From: Octopus vulgaris
Taxonomy: Eukaryota
Assembly (NCBI GenBank): GCA_951406725.2
Contig: OX597814.1
Location: forward strand, 126,356,001-126,420,000
DNA length: 64,000 bases
Direction: 5' to 3'
The position numbers were made by a program, and so were the translations under genes. Under the pieces are notes generated by a model. The model was not told where the DNA came from, ran no database searches, and was given only the letters and a program-made list of their open reading frames with translations. Of this stretch, positions 26,421-40,444 are shown one piece after another. Within the stretch, counting starts at the first letter, position 1; every line of letters begins with the position of its first letter.

Positions 26421-27471
26421 CAGTTGCCTGATCTGTCTGTCCTGTCAGCATCAAATGACTGTCTCAACATTAGTGAACGGTAGTCTATCTTTCCAGTCAA
26501 CCTTTATGGGCTGTGTCTATTTAAACAAATTTGTCTATTTGTGTACCCAGTCAACAGTAATAGACTGTCAGTTTGTTTATCTAACTAATCAACATCAATG
26601 GACCCGACCTGGCTATATATCTGTTTACTTAGCACCATTAGACTGTCTCTTTCTATCTAACTAGTTATTTCTATATATCTATCAAGTCAACATCAGTGGA
26701 CTATCTATCTGTCTGGCTTCTTATCTACCTACATCTTCTTGTTTATTTATCTGTCAGTCTGTCAGTCAATCTGTCTATCCATCTATCCAATCATCACCAT
26801 TGGACGTTGTTTATCTGTTTGTCTCTCTATCTAATCAACATCAATCACCTGTATCAAATAAACAGGATTGGTTAGATATAAACTGTGTTCTTTTCTATTT
26901 GCTACATTTAATATGATCTGTGACAGGAACTAGATTTACTCTGTTGTTATTGTCAACTACAGGACAGTATAGAGAGAAGAAAATTGGATTTAACAACCAT
27001 ATATTATTATTTTCACTTTATCAGATGCATTCACACAAGCATAGCATATATCATCTACACACACATGCTAACACATACACAAATACAAATGCACATAGAA
27101 GCATATGAACATCAGCATAAGAAAATGGTTAAATTGTTTGTTTGGCAACCATGTGGTTTCAGGTTCAACCCCACTGTATGACATCTTGGACAAATGTTTT
27201 CTACCATGACATCATGATGAGCAATGTCTTGTGAGTGTAATTTGGTAGATAGAAAGTGTGCAGAAACCTGTCATTTAAATTCATATGCATGTGCAAATTT
27301 ACATATATACAGATATCAAAAGTTGACAGTTTTGAGTGTTGTTCTTCGGTGTTTGATTTATCTGTTTTTCTATCCGTCCAGCCATCCATTCTTTCACCAT
27401 GAGTGGGCTATTTGTCTCTGTCAGTAGTGAACAGCCAAGAGTGAAACTCAGAGTTAACTGTCAACTTCTGA

Positions 27472-27870
27472 TAGGCATGGTTGTGTAGCTGAGAAGTTTA
27501 GTTCCTAGCTGCTTGGATTCAGGTTCAGTCTAACTGCACAGTACTTTGTCAAAGTTTCTTCAGCTAAAGTCTTGAGCCAACCGAAGTCTCATGACTGAAT
27601 TTGAGAGATGATAACTGAGAGAATCCTGCCCCATGCGCAGGTGTGTGTGTGCTTGTCTTCTTATTGTATGATGGTTGCAAACAAGCATCACTGTCACTCA
27701 AGCAGCATCGTTAATTTCTAACCATCCATGAAAACATGTCCAGCCATTAGAGAATATTACTTTGCTTGGAAACAGGTGAGGATTAGTAACAAGAAGGGAA
27801 TCCAGCTGCCTTAAAAAATTCTATCTGACCCATGCAAGCATGGAAAAGTAGCCATTAAAGCAATGACGAT
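27472..27870 (+). mobile_element. SINE family A with RTE-like tail
   Basis: Diverged family A head, then aagggaatccagctg...ctgacccatgcaagcatggaaaagtagccattaaa. Confidence 0.7.
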
Positions 27871-28198
27871 GGTGTTGTGATGTGTGTGTGTGTGTGTGCA
27901 TATGTCTGTGTTTGTTTACATCTGCAATTTTTTGTACAAAAGTGTGGTGGGGATGTTGTTTTCAGTTTCTCCTATCAATAATTATCCAGGCATTGCATGC
28001 CTTCAAAGCCATGTGGACCAAGTGATGATCCCCTTTATCAGAAACAAGTAAAAGGTTAGTGTCAGAAAGAGCATCCAATTGTAAAGCATTGTCTCAAATA
28101 ACATTCATCTAACCCATGCAAGCTTGGAAAAACAGGCATAAAAATGAAGATAGATAGATAGATATATATATATAGATACATACAAACATGCATGCATG

Positions 28199-28249
<51 letters not shown>

Positions 28250-28252
<3 letters not shown>

Positions 28253-28760
28253 AAGCTAAAGATCAGCAAAAGGAAAATACCTACACTGAACTATTAAATT
28301 TGAAGTTACTCTATTCAGATTACAAGTTCAAGTTTATACCTGTAATTATTGGGTCACTGGGATATGTAACACACTGCCTAAATATCAATTTTTAGAAATT
28401 AGGCTTCTCAAGACTGGAAAGGAAGAAAGCTGATTAGAAAACTACAGATCCAATCCATCATTAGAACTGTAAAAATCTGTAAAACCTTCCAGAAGTTTAT
28501 CATTTAAGTATATATGAGCATGTCTAGATATGCAACTATATACATGAGAATTCATACATAAAATAAAACATACAAATCTGCACATATACAGACAGACAAA
28601 CAAAGGAAAAAGCTGATACATACAAAAATACCCTGTTCATTTTGTTGAAATTCCAGTGAAGGAGCCTTGGATATAGGTTAGAAACTGGTTCTTTCTCTAT
28701 TTGGCAAGAAATCTTGAAATAAACTGAATAATGACATACATAACATTACATTACATTCAT
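28250..28760 (+). mobile_element. 3' end of RLE-type (R4/Dong/NeSL-like) non-LTR retrotransposon inserted in (CA)n
   Basis: Reads KDQQKENTYTELL..LKLLYSDYKFKFIPVIIGSLGYVTHCL, then by frameshift LG...LQIQSIIRTVKICKTFQKF. This matches the K-x-Y/IPVIIGxLG C-terminus of restriction-like endonuclease elements. The 3' UTR has aataaa and an (acat/acatt)n tail. Confidence 0.7.
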
Positions 28761-29128
28761 TTACACACACATACACAACTGTGGGAAACTGGTTGAAAAA
28801 TCAGTGCTATTGAACAAAAATACTTGTATGGTATATATTTCATCCACATTGCACAGTCCCTTATTTTTTACTTCCATCATCAAAAATTCAGTGAACTAGT
28901 GATTGCTCCATTGGAAACCTATGACCAATAAATGCTGTTGTTCATAAAATACATGATATTAAATAAATAAACATATGAAGTTTCATATAGTTACTAAATG
29001 TCAGCTTTTCAGATACTGTTTGCAAATGTCGACCTTCTATTTCCAAGATATTATCAAGTTAACAAGAGAGACTCTACAGTCGCTCACTCTTATAGAGATA
29101 GCAACCAAATTTCCTTTGAATCACAGCC

Positions 29129-29189
29129 TACTATCATCAGTAAAGAAAGGATGTTACAGTACTATCATCAATAAAGAAAGGATGTTACA
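29129..29189. repeat. 31-bp tandem duplication
   Basis: tactatcatca(g/a)taaagaaaggatgttaca occurs twice. Confidence 0.85.
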
Positions 29190-30304
29190 TTCCTAAAAAG
29201 TTGGAATGCTTTGGATATCAGAGTTGAGCTGGGGCTACATATCAACAATGAAGAAATTATCATTCCTTCACCTTCAAATTATTCATTACTCACTTCTAAA
29301 TTATTAATCTCTGTTAACAGAGATTCAAATGAAGTATATATAGTTATGATACTGGACAAGTTTACATCTGTCACAAAGCTTTCTTTTTTAACAATTCCAA
29401 ATGAAAACTAAAGTAATATCCATTATAAAGATATAAAAAACAGCTGCAATTTCCTCTGTTCTTATTATGCATCATTCAAGTATTTGGGGGGATTTTCTCT
29501 GCTAAATCCCTATTGTCATTGTGGTGTAAGAACAGAAGAAAGATGGAATTTGATCAATGGAATGTCAACTAGAATTGTTCCTGTGAAATGTTTTAGAACC
29601 ATCAGTAGTTACTAGGTACCTATGCCACCCAACACCTGTATTTTAATATCTCCTCCTCCTCTCACTCACACTGACTCTCCTTTCTCTTCTGTATTTCTTT
29701 TCTCATGCTTTTTTGAATCCTCCAAATTGAAACTATTAAATACCTTTAACTTTTATCACCAACGCTCTTAATTATCTTTCAAAACCAGTCTTTCTTTTCA
29801 TTTCAAGAAAATAGCTTTTGCACCTATTGTTCTCTCAACTCCTTACTTTTATTGTAACTTTCTATTAACCATGAGAATAATACCTCTCTCTAATTTCTTG
29901 TTCTTCCTGAATTGTCCAATTAATCTTCGAAAACTGCCATTTTGTTATAGTTTCTGTTTTTTTCTTGAGGATTTTTCTTCTTTTTTTTTATGACATCAAA
30001 TCTCCTACACAGTTGTTAAAAGTTATCCAATAATTATTAGTTTAAATGACTTCATCCTGATGACAACACTCAACCTCATAACATTGTTAATTGACTACAG
30101 CTTATTGTCATACCCACACAAAGACTTCTTTTTTTTTTTCAATTATTTTTATGCTAAAGATATTCCAATTTAGTTTATTGTTTAACTTTTAAACTATTTG
30201 TAGTTACTGAATTATTTTAAAAAGAATATTTCTCAACAACTGCTTAATGACCTTATACTAAGTTTAAAATAATAGCTCAGTAGTGTGTCTAAATAATAGT
30301 CTCT

Positions 30305-30375
30305 GATATTACCACCACAGAGGTACAGGATATTACCATCACAGTGGTATGAAATATTACCATCACAGTAAAGCA
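30305..30375. repeat. 3 x 24-bp minisatellite
   Basis: atattacca(c/t)cacag.ggta... occurs three times. Confidence 0.75.
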
Positions 30376-30694
30376 GATAATAACTCGACTGTAAAAACAC
30401 AATAAATTACTGGCATGGTTGCAAACTTTCAGAAATGTAATTATTAAAAATATCGCACTTGTTTTCTTTTCACATTATTGTTGAACCAAACTCCTGGAAA
30501 AATTCAATATTTAAATCAATATTAGTAAAATATTTTCTTCTCACTATATTAAAATATATTTATCAACAAATCACTTAATTTCCTCCCTCTTTCCAAATCC
30601 TAAACGACTTCTATTTCTCAATATATATCTGCTGTATTGTTCTCGAAAATGTTATTGTCTATTCTATTCCGTTAAACAATTTGAGATTTATGAT

Positions 30695-31615
30695 ATTCTT
30701 TTGATAGAATATGTTGATAGTATTGTGTGAATAGGAATATGCTTGATAGTATTGCATTTAATAGAAATATGAAAATAGTATTGTGTATAAAAAGAATGTG
30801 TTTGATAGTATCAAATTAGATAGGAATATGTTTGATAGTATTGTATAGAATACTATCTCTGAAAGTATTGTGTTTTAATTACATTGTGGATAATAGGAAT
30901 GTGATAGTGTAGTATTTCATAGCAATGTTTTTGTTGTAGTATTGATAGAATATATTTCATATTACTGTAATTGATAAAATATTTTTCTTACCATTATGTT
31001 TAATATGCAATATCTTTGATAGTTTCATAGTATTGTGTTTAATAGAATAGTATTACTTGACTTTTATTAATTAATAGTAGTGTACTTGATAGAATATGTG
31101 TTTGATTGTATAATAATTGACATTTTTGATAATATAAGTGTTGGATATTATAATATTGATATTGTGTTTAACATAATCAATGATTATTATTAAAGACACT
31201 TAGCAAATCCAGTATCATCAAACAATACTATCAAAAATATTCTATCAAACACAATATTACCAAACATTCTGTCATGTACAGTACTATAATAATAATGAAA
31301 TTATTGTATACAGTGCTCAGGTGCACCACAACATGTCACAAGTGCGTATAAAGCATATGCAGTAATGTACAAATGTCTGGAAAGTGAATAGTGTTTGAGT
31401 CAGATACATGCTTGCATGTGTATGGAGGGGAGAAAATCAGGTGTAGTGTAATACTTTCAAACATCATAGTACAAAGATATAAAGCAAGCATATTCTTATC
31501 AAATAATACTATGAAGCATTCTTTCAAACTTAGTATTGTCAATTGTGTTTGATAGCTTGATTCTATGATGTGGCATGATATTGTTTGATAGTATTGTAGT
31601 TGTCAGTATTATGTC
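30695..31615. repeat. Diverged ~30-bp minisatellite with an internal inverted segment
   Basis: Units resemble gatagtattgtgtttaatagaatatgttt. Reverse-complement units occur at about 31215-31290 and 31470-31530. Confidence 0.6.
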
Positions 31616-31833
31616 TGATGTGGGTTAGCAGTTGACAGCATGTCAGACTAAATTCCCGATTCAAATCCCTCTGAGGTCAACTCTGCCTTTCATCCTTTCA
31701 GGATCATTAACATAAAGTACCAGTCAAGTAATGGGGTTGATCTGTTTGAGTATAACATCCCACCTTTCACATGCATTCATAGATTTGTGCCAGTGCCAGA
31801 AACCATAATTGTTAATATAAAGTTTGATAATGC

Positions 31834-32292
31834 TTTAACGTCCACTTTTCCCATAGGTTGGACAGAATTTACTGTGGAAGATTTTCTACAGATAGATGCC
31901 TTTCTTGTCACCGATGCTCTCTTGTTTCCAAGCAAGATACTATTTCTTCACAACCAAACATGTTCTCACAGAATATTGAGAATTAATGACACTGCTTGTA
32001 TGACAGTGACAATTATTTACAACTATTATACAATGTGAGACAAGGAGACACAAACATTACACACACTCACAAACATGCACATGTGCTTGCACATACACTA
32101 CACTACACTACACACACACACACACACACACAACAGGCTTCTTTCAGTTTTTGTCTGCTAAATTCACTCACAAAGCTTTGGTCAGCCCATAGCTGTAGAA
32201 GATACTTGCATAAGGTACCATGCAGTGAAACTGAATCTGAAATCATGTGGTTAAGGAAGCATACTTCTTAACCACTCAGCCACTCCTGTGCC
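31834..32292 (-). mobile_element. SINE family A with RTE-like tail
   Basis: Starts ttaacgtccacttttccc on +, ends accactcagccactcctgtgcc (the head, reverse-complemented). Confidence 0.8.
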
Positions 32293-34590
32293 TTAAATTA
32301 TTCAAATATTTGTGAATTATATGTGTCATTTCAGTTGTAACTATAAAGTTATTGTAAATATAATCTTAATAATATCATTATAATTCTGTATCTTAATACA
32401 GAATTAAAAGTGACAAATTCAAGGGTTTTTTTGTAGGTTAGGCGTGCACTTTATTTTCTATGACAATAGAGTTACTTTTTGCTTTTAACGTCTTTGTACA
32501 TGTTTCTGTATGACTTCCATTCCTCAGACTATTATGAGTGTGTTCTTTAAAAGTCAGAAATGGTGATTAGGATTAAATCCTCACAAGTTTTCATTGCAGA
32601 CATAATAGACTCTCTGTCTCACCAAGAAAGGAACCCTAAAAGTAAGATAACTTGGTTAATCTAAGGACACTATCTTTCTTTGAATTTTAAATCTTCTTAT
32701 AGGAGTTTTTTTGTCTAATTTGTCACAGAAACACATATTTCTGCCATCATGTAGGTCAAGTTCTATTTTCTGTCTTTATTTTATTTCTAATGTATTTCTT
32801 TGCGTGAGAACAACATTCTGGTTTAAAATGGTAATATTTGTTTAAACATCTGATAGATGATTACATTCTAGAATATTTTAGACTTCCAATGAATAAATAA
32901 ACACAGCTCAATCAGAAGTGATATATTTATATTCTTACTTTCTAATTAGAAATGGTCGACTCTATTCCAAGTGTCCTTCTGCACACTTTAGACTTTTCTT
33001 GTTCTCTCAATAATAACAAAAATACACTCATTAAGATTTGCTCCAACAAGCTGTAATGTCCTTTCTTCATTCTCTCTATGTTTATGCTATTATAATTCTT
33101 CTTCATATTCCTGGTTATACTTGCAATATTTATATATTTTGTAAATTTATTCAAACTTTATATTAAAAAAAGAAATATTTTAAAATAAACAATCTTGTGT
33201 GATTTATTAATGGTATAAATTAAATATTTAAGTCTGCTGCAAAAAACAAAAAACAAAAAATTCCCTTTGGATGACTCAGAAAGTAATTTTGTTGTGACTT
33301 AATATCACATGACAGCTAATGGCTCTCTGACTTTTCTCACTGCTTCAGATTTAAAAAAAAAAAAAATTTATAGCTTAGTCAGAAGAAGAGCAGTGCTTAT
33401 AGCTCTTTGTCAGGGTTTCTGAGGAGGAAGAAAAGAAGTTAACTTATGACTAAATGCTGGTGACTGAATGGACCCTAGTAAAGGCCCCCAGGGGCCAGTA
33501 ATAATATTATCCCAAGCAACAGGTTACATTTACATTCCAAGAACAGAAATGATTCCTATGACAAACTTATGCACTCTTTCTTCAATCAAATTTCATTCCC
33601 AAGCTTTCAGTGAATCTGGAAATTTGAAAAAAAAAAAACACATTGCTCAAGGTGCAACACAGCAGTTTTGAACTTCAAATAAAGTAGTTATAAAGCAAGC
33701 CTCTTACCACTCAACTACACCTGCATCATTTATCCAGGCCTGTTTCTATATTGCCTATCTTCTTACCCTGTAAAATTGCATAATATCACTTCACTAAGAA
33801 ATTTCAAACACATTCAATCCAAACTAATTGTCCTTACTTCTTCCTGTGTCACATACAATCAAAAGTCCTTCCTTGATCCAACTCCTTTGGTGTGGATTAC
33901 CAGATTGCACTGAGGAATTGTTTCTTCGTTAATGAGCCTATAATAATATTAATTTCTTCTATCACTCAATCTTGCTCTTTGATTTCTCTGAAGAATTTTG
34001 ATTTAATGTTTATTACATGTATCTTTCTAGAATATTCTCTATGTTGCAATGAAATTCTAAAGAATTTCACTATAATCTATATAATTAGCTTTTTCAGCCA
34101 TATTTAATGTTTCTTTATGCTTAGAATTCTATTAAAGATTTTAAAAATAACAATGTTAAGTTCTCAACTCCTATGAGACTACTATGCCAATGCTGATTTG
34201 AAATTTTTTAATAAAAAAAAAATTTCCACTTTTCTATAAATTAGAACATATTTTCATGCTTAACGCCAATTTTTAGCAATAAAACCATTTTCTACATTCA
34301 GTTCCAATAATGAATTCGCTATCTCTTACATCCAACCTTACATTTTACATTAAGATGCTTTATATCATTGAAAATGATAAATATGTAATGCTTTAGAGGT
34401 GTCTAGCCTAGAAAAAATGAAACAAATTCCTAAACATATATTTCAAATAGGAAATAAGATCAAAACATGTTGAAGTTTAACCATGTTGTGTGCGATATTA
34501 GATAGATACAACCCTAATACTTTCATTCTGCTGACGAAGTAAATATAAATTCAAAAGTAATATAAAATGGTAGTGGTTTTGTTGTTGTTG

Positions 34591-34622
<32 letters not shown>

Positions 34623-36301
34623 GGTGGTGGTGGTGGTGGTGATGCTGCTGCTGCTGGTATGAGTAGTCCTAGTTAGTGAGTTAGTTGGGCAGTATGTTGT
34701 GTCAGTGTGGTATGAATGTATTGTTAGTGAGTTTTTGATGCAATGTCTGTGTGATAATAGCATGTTGTTGATATGTGTCAGTGTGGTAATAGTATATTGT
34801 TAATGTGCCAGTGTAATAATCCTATACTGCTAATGTGTGTCAGTGAGGTATCATCAGTGTGTTGCATATGTGTATCAGTGTGATATCAATGCATTATTAA
34901 ATGTGCATCAAAGCGTTTTTAGTATATGGTTAGTGTGTCTTGTATGTGTTATTTCAGTTTGTTGGTAGTGTTTTATCATTGTGTGGTAAATGTGTGTCAC
35001 AGTATGTTACTTAATTATCACTATTGTTGTTAGTGTGTTCTCAACATAAAGTGAAAGTGTTGAAGCATGTTGTGCCAGTGGGCTGTTACAGCATTATTGT
35101 CAGCTCCTCCCCTCCAAAGTGAAATTTTGCAAGGCAGTGCAAGACTACTTTTGCACCTTTCCATTTCCCCCACTTATCCCTTTCTCAAAATTCAAAAAGA
35201 CCACAACAGTGAGGGTAGATTGTTTTTGAGGGAGGGGTACTTGGGGAGACATTACCTATTTCATTAGAGCCCTGGTCTGATATACAGGCTGAACCTCACT
35301 TTTTTAGAGTTGTATTATTGTTGTTATGTAGCTCTAGGTCGATTCTTATTGAGCAGACTTATGATCAAAACCCTTCCAGTCATGACCATCACGTCTTATT
35401 TTTGATGTTTAATGTATCCTGACTGCATTATCCAGGAGAAACATCTCCTCATTTTTTAAATTATACAACATGATTTCTGAGGGAAATTTGTCTTCTAACT
35501 TTAGCAATTCAAGCAACTCTCACTGTTTTGCATGAATGTGTTGTTGCCAGTTGGTAAATCTATTGTAGCTGATGATGAGAAAGATAATTTGTAACAATAA
35601 TCCTTTCTGAGAACACAATTTTGACCATATAAACATCACCTTACTATACTTTATAGCAAACTTTTTCTGGGTGTTGATGTTGTTATTTAGCACCAGGTCT
35701 CATTGGCTTGTATTTGGTGATGACAGTGTGTCATCATTATTATCATCATCACCATTCAATACCATCATTATCATAAGTATCACAACTACCATCAGTATTA
35801 TCACCACCACTACTATCATCAGCATCAACACCCACATATCATAAAGCTGAGAGAGGCAACAAAAAGGAACTCACCTCCAACACCACTTCTCTGTAACTAA
35901 TATAATGATATATAGGTGTTAGAAATATTGACAGTTAACTGTTAACTAACTCCACAATCTAAGACTTTTCACAAAAACATCTAGACACTAGCCTTGTCAC
36001 TTATCCTTAACCCTCTTTATTCTACAAACATGTTTTTTAGCTCCAGGTAAACCTTAGCATTCCAGCTGTGAATATCCTGTATTTTTTGGCGGGGTGGAGG
36101 TAACATATCTAGGACTACCCTGTCCTTTGTTCCTTCTTTTTAAGATGGTAGTGTGTGGTTTGAGACTTTACTTTTATTTCTAACATGCCCTGCAACTAGA
36201 TAGATGTTCCTCTCTTTGGTCACCAACAAATAAGTAAAAGTTTCTAGACATCATTTGAAGCTACATTTATTTGTTTGCCAAACATCTCTTCTCTGCAGGT
36301 C

Positions 36302-36872
36302 CATCATCATCATCATTTAACATCCGCTCACCATGCTGGCATGGGTTGGGCGGTTTGACTGAAGACTGATGAGCCAGCGGCTGCACCAGGCTCAATCTGG
36401 TCTGGCAGTTTCTACAGCTGGATGCCCTTCCTAACACCAACCACTCCTAGAGTGTAGTGCATACTTTTTACATGCCACCGGCATGAGGGCCAGTCAGGCG
36501 GTCCTTACAACAACCATGCTCATGCTCAAAAGGTGTTTTTATGTGCTACCTGCATGGGAGCCAGTCTGGCGGCACTGGCAACGACCACACTCGAATGTTG
36601 TTTTTCATGTGCCACCAGTACATGCCAGTAAGGCAACGCTGGCTACTCGGATAGCACTTTTCACATATCACTGGCATGGGAGCCAATCCATGGCCCTGGC
36701 AACAGTTACACTCGGATGTGCTTTCAACATTCCACTGGCACGAGTGCCAATCAGGTGGTACTGTCATCGGCCACGTCAGTGATTTTGGTTTGTTTACACT
36801 TGCTTCAATAGGTCTTTGCAAGCAAAGTTCATTGTCCAATGAATGAGGGGTACTCATAAGTGGCCTGGTTAC
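36302..36872 (-). mobile_element. RTE LINE 3' UTR with internal tandem repeats
   Basis: Colinear with 15818-16478. Confidence 0.8.
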
Positions 36873-37380
36873 ACTATACCATATTAATAAGTGAAATAAT
36901 GTATCTATCTTTTTACTATGAAACTCAAGTAGATATTTTAACTTACATATTCAGTGTTATAAATTATTTGTTCATAGAGCTGTTAAAATAAATATTACAT
37001 ATATTTGCTCTTTATCTCTAGATTTGGAGGGAAAGACAGGTTTCATAAAAACATTTACATGAATTTCAACATATTTTTATCATCACCATTTTATCAGTTA
37101 AGTAATTAGAAACACACAAGCAACCTATCCATGCTGAAACCTCAAGAAATATTCCACCAGATAAACAAATGTCTTAATATGATTGTTGGCTATAATAATT
37201 GTGTGTGAGTGATTATGTCTACATAAGAGAATATTCTGAAATACTTGTATACACACATACTTGTATAAATGTATGTGAGTGTGATGTACAAGTCTCCCTA
37301 GTGCTTATATGTTCATATGTTTCTATTTCCGTCACAAATTCATTTTTGTGACAAAGAGGAGCAGAGATAGCAGTGCCATG

Positions 37381-37436
<56 letters not shown>

Positions 37437-38094
37437 ACACACCATTAGTGTATGAATTTGAGTGTAACATGAATTATTAATTCATGCTTTAAAGAAGCAT
37501 CACTGAATACTCTACCATTATAATAGATGTAATAAATATTTTATCATTGCTATTACATTAGATATGAAATTTGGTAGTGGTAAACGGTGATGTATAAAAT
37601 TAACCTGTTAATAAGAGGTGGTGAGGAGAATAATTATCTTTCCTAATTGATTTGCTATGTTAATCTGTATATGATGGATTAAATTGTAGTTTAATAAAAT
37701 ATATTTTAAGAGAGATCTCTAATGTTGGTCTTGTTTCTTAATGTTCATATGACTTAACAGAGATGGTGTATGTGTTTATATGTGTGAAGAACTGGCTTTG
37801 TATGTTGTGTGTGTGTGTTTGTGAGTATGTATATTTGTGAGAGAATGGATTGGTGTATGTGTGTGAATGAGAGAGTGTGTAGGTAAGAACTGTGCCTATA
37901 TGTGTGTTTTGCAGTCTGTGTGTGCATGCATCTATGAATGTGTGTGTGTGCACTTGTGTTATATGAGTGTTTTTGTGGGTACATAAGAGTATATGAATGA
38001 GTGTGTGTGTTATGCATTTTCTGTTTAGTTGTTATAGGAGAGGTAACAACTGTTACTGTTACTCACAAAGTGAAGGTGATATCTATATCATCAT

Positions 38095-38095
<1 letters not shown>

Positions 38096-38166
<71 letters not shown>

Positions 38167-38460
38167 TCAATCTCATAGCTCTGCTTCTCATAATTCTAAC
38201 AATTATAGCTCTAACTATTATATTTCTCACTATCATTTTAGTTATAACTATTATAGCTTTGACTCATCACAGCCTTGACTGTGATAGCTTTATTATAATT
38301 TTCACTACTATAGTTTTCACTATCATAATTCTGATTGTTGTAACTCTGACACTAATAGTTCTTAAATATCAAACGCTCTGATTATCATAATTATGAAGTT
38401 ATAACTATGATAGTTCAGACAATCATAGTTTTGATTATGATAGTTCTGATTATTGTATCA
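38096..38460. repeat. (CT)n followed by diverged ~15-bp minisatellite (tatcatagttctgac-like)
   Basis: Read directly. A similar array occurs at about 41030-41220. Confidence 0.65.
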
Positions 38461-38895
38461 AATCCTGTCATCTATTCCCTATATCCACGCAAATGGCATT
38501 TGGACTGTATCATACATGAAAAGTTAACTGGTATTACACTGCCAATACAGCCAGCACACTCCACTATGGCATGCTTCCCCTAACTGGAAATGGATAACTG
38601 TACAACCCAGTACTGTAAGTAATAGGCGCACTGTATAATTAGCAAATCCTTTATTATCAAAATAGTGCTGGTTTTAATTTCTTCTCTCTGTGTGGAGCAG
38701 GCATCATGAAGTCCCAATAGAGCATTCTCCCTAAGAGAATCATTGTTTTGCAATCACATACTTTGGAACTGAATTTCACTACACAGCACCTTAAGCAAGT
38801 ATCTTCTACAATAGCCATGAATTAACATCTCAGCTTTGTGAGTGAAATAGGTAGTGGATAGACTGCGCTGTTTTGGGGCAGTAGACTATTTGTTG

Positions 38896-39013
38896 TCTAG
38901 TTTAATACTACACTTGAGTCTGGGGTTTTTGTAGCAGAGTCCACTCTGTTGCAAGAATTCAAACCAGGCCTCTGGTTTGAATTCTACCAAGCCTGGTAGT
39001 GTTGGAAACTAGA
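38896..39013. other. Branched palindrome (closing stem plus two abutting hairpins)
   Basis: Closing stem 38896-38911/38996-39013, hairpins 38929-38954 and 38955-38984. Confidence 0.6.
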
Positions 39014-39449
39014 TCTAGGATGCTACCCTTCCTGCTCTGACTAAATCATTACAAAGAATTGGAAAACATTCAGTTTGATCATATTTTCTCATCCTTTTTT
39101 CTAAAACATGGATCAATTTCTGACCTCATATAATAGAATAGATATTGTCAGTTTACAATTTCTATCAACTTTGATAACATGTTTGATAAAAAAGAAAAAG
39201 GTATTGGAGAAAAGATTTTGTTGTGAGTTTCAGTGATTTCACAGCATATTGTTCCATTGAAAAATGGCTCTGTCAAAATGGAAGACAAGAATTGTCTTTT
39301 ACAAAGATTAAAAAAAAATTAGTCTTTAATGCTAAACAACAAATTTAACATGTTTTGTGTATGTGAAAGAGAGAAAAAGAGAGAAAAGGGGGGAATGTGT
39401 TTATGTGTAATGCAAGAGAAGGAAAGTTTGTGTGTGTATGTGTATCTGC

Positions 39450-39481
<32 letters not shown>

Positions 39482-39797
39482 ATGTGAGAGAATTTGGGTG
39501 TGTGTTTTTGTGTTAGAGAAGTAGGGTAGAAAGAGTTTGCATTTGTGTGCATGTCAGGAAGATATAGAGTTTGTATGTATATATATGTTCAACAGTATAA
39601 AACAAACAACAATACTTGTACTGTATTTTATTAATGTTGTATTAATTTCATAAGAAATAAACTTCACTTTTTCACTACATTTTTAGATATTAAATTCACT
39701 TAAAATTTTCGTGGATTTAATCATTTATTCTAGCTAACTTTAGTAGTTTCTGTACACCAAATACGTGTTTAGTGATCAGCATTTATCATTGTCTTTA

Positions 39798-40170
39798 TTT
39801 TAACGTCCACTTTCCTGTGCTTGTATCAGTCAGACAGAATTCATTGAGGTAGGTTTTCTATACCCGGATGCCCTCCCTGTTGCCAACCCTCACATGTTTT
39901 CAAATAAGATAATATTTCCCTTGGCCAGACATGTTTTCACAGATGTCAAGGCAAGGAAACAAAAAAACAGAGAGAGACGCGCACACACACTCACGCACAC
40001 ACACATGAGCGGCATCTTTCAGTTTTCGTCTACTAAATCTACACACAAGGCTCTGATTGGCTCAGGGCCATAGAATAAGATACTCACACAAGGTGCTATG
40101 CTGTGGAACTAAACTTGAAACCATGTGGTTTGGTAAGCAAACTTCTTAATCACACAGCCATACCTGCACC
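39798..40170 (-). mobile_element. SINE family A with RTE-like tail
   Basis: Colinear with 31834-32292. Confidence 0.8.
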
Positions 40171-40444
40171 TTTTCATTATACCAAATCCTGCAGTTGATG
40201 TTTACAATACTAAAACACTGTGTTTACTTTCCAGTATGCTCACTATTGTGTTAACACTTAATACACAAAATATAGTATTTAGTGTTTTACATTTAGTATA
40301 TCAAATATTTTCCTTACTGTGTAAAATAATAGAATTACATGTGTGAGGGAGTGTGAGTGTTTGTGTTATTTGTGAGAGTATGTGAGTTTGTGTGTGTGTA
40401 TATATGTCATCATCATCATCTATCCCTAGCTTCCACATTCCCCA

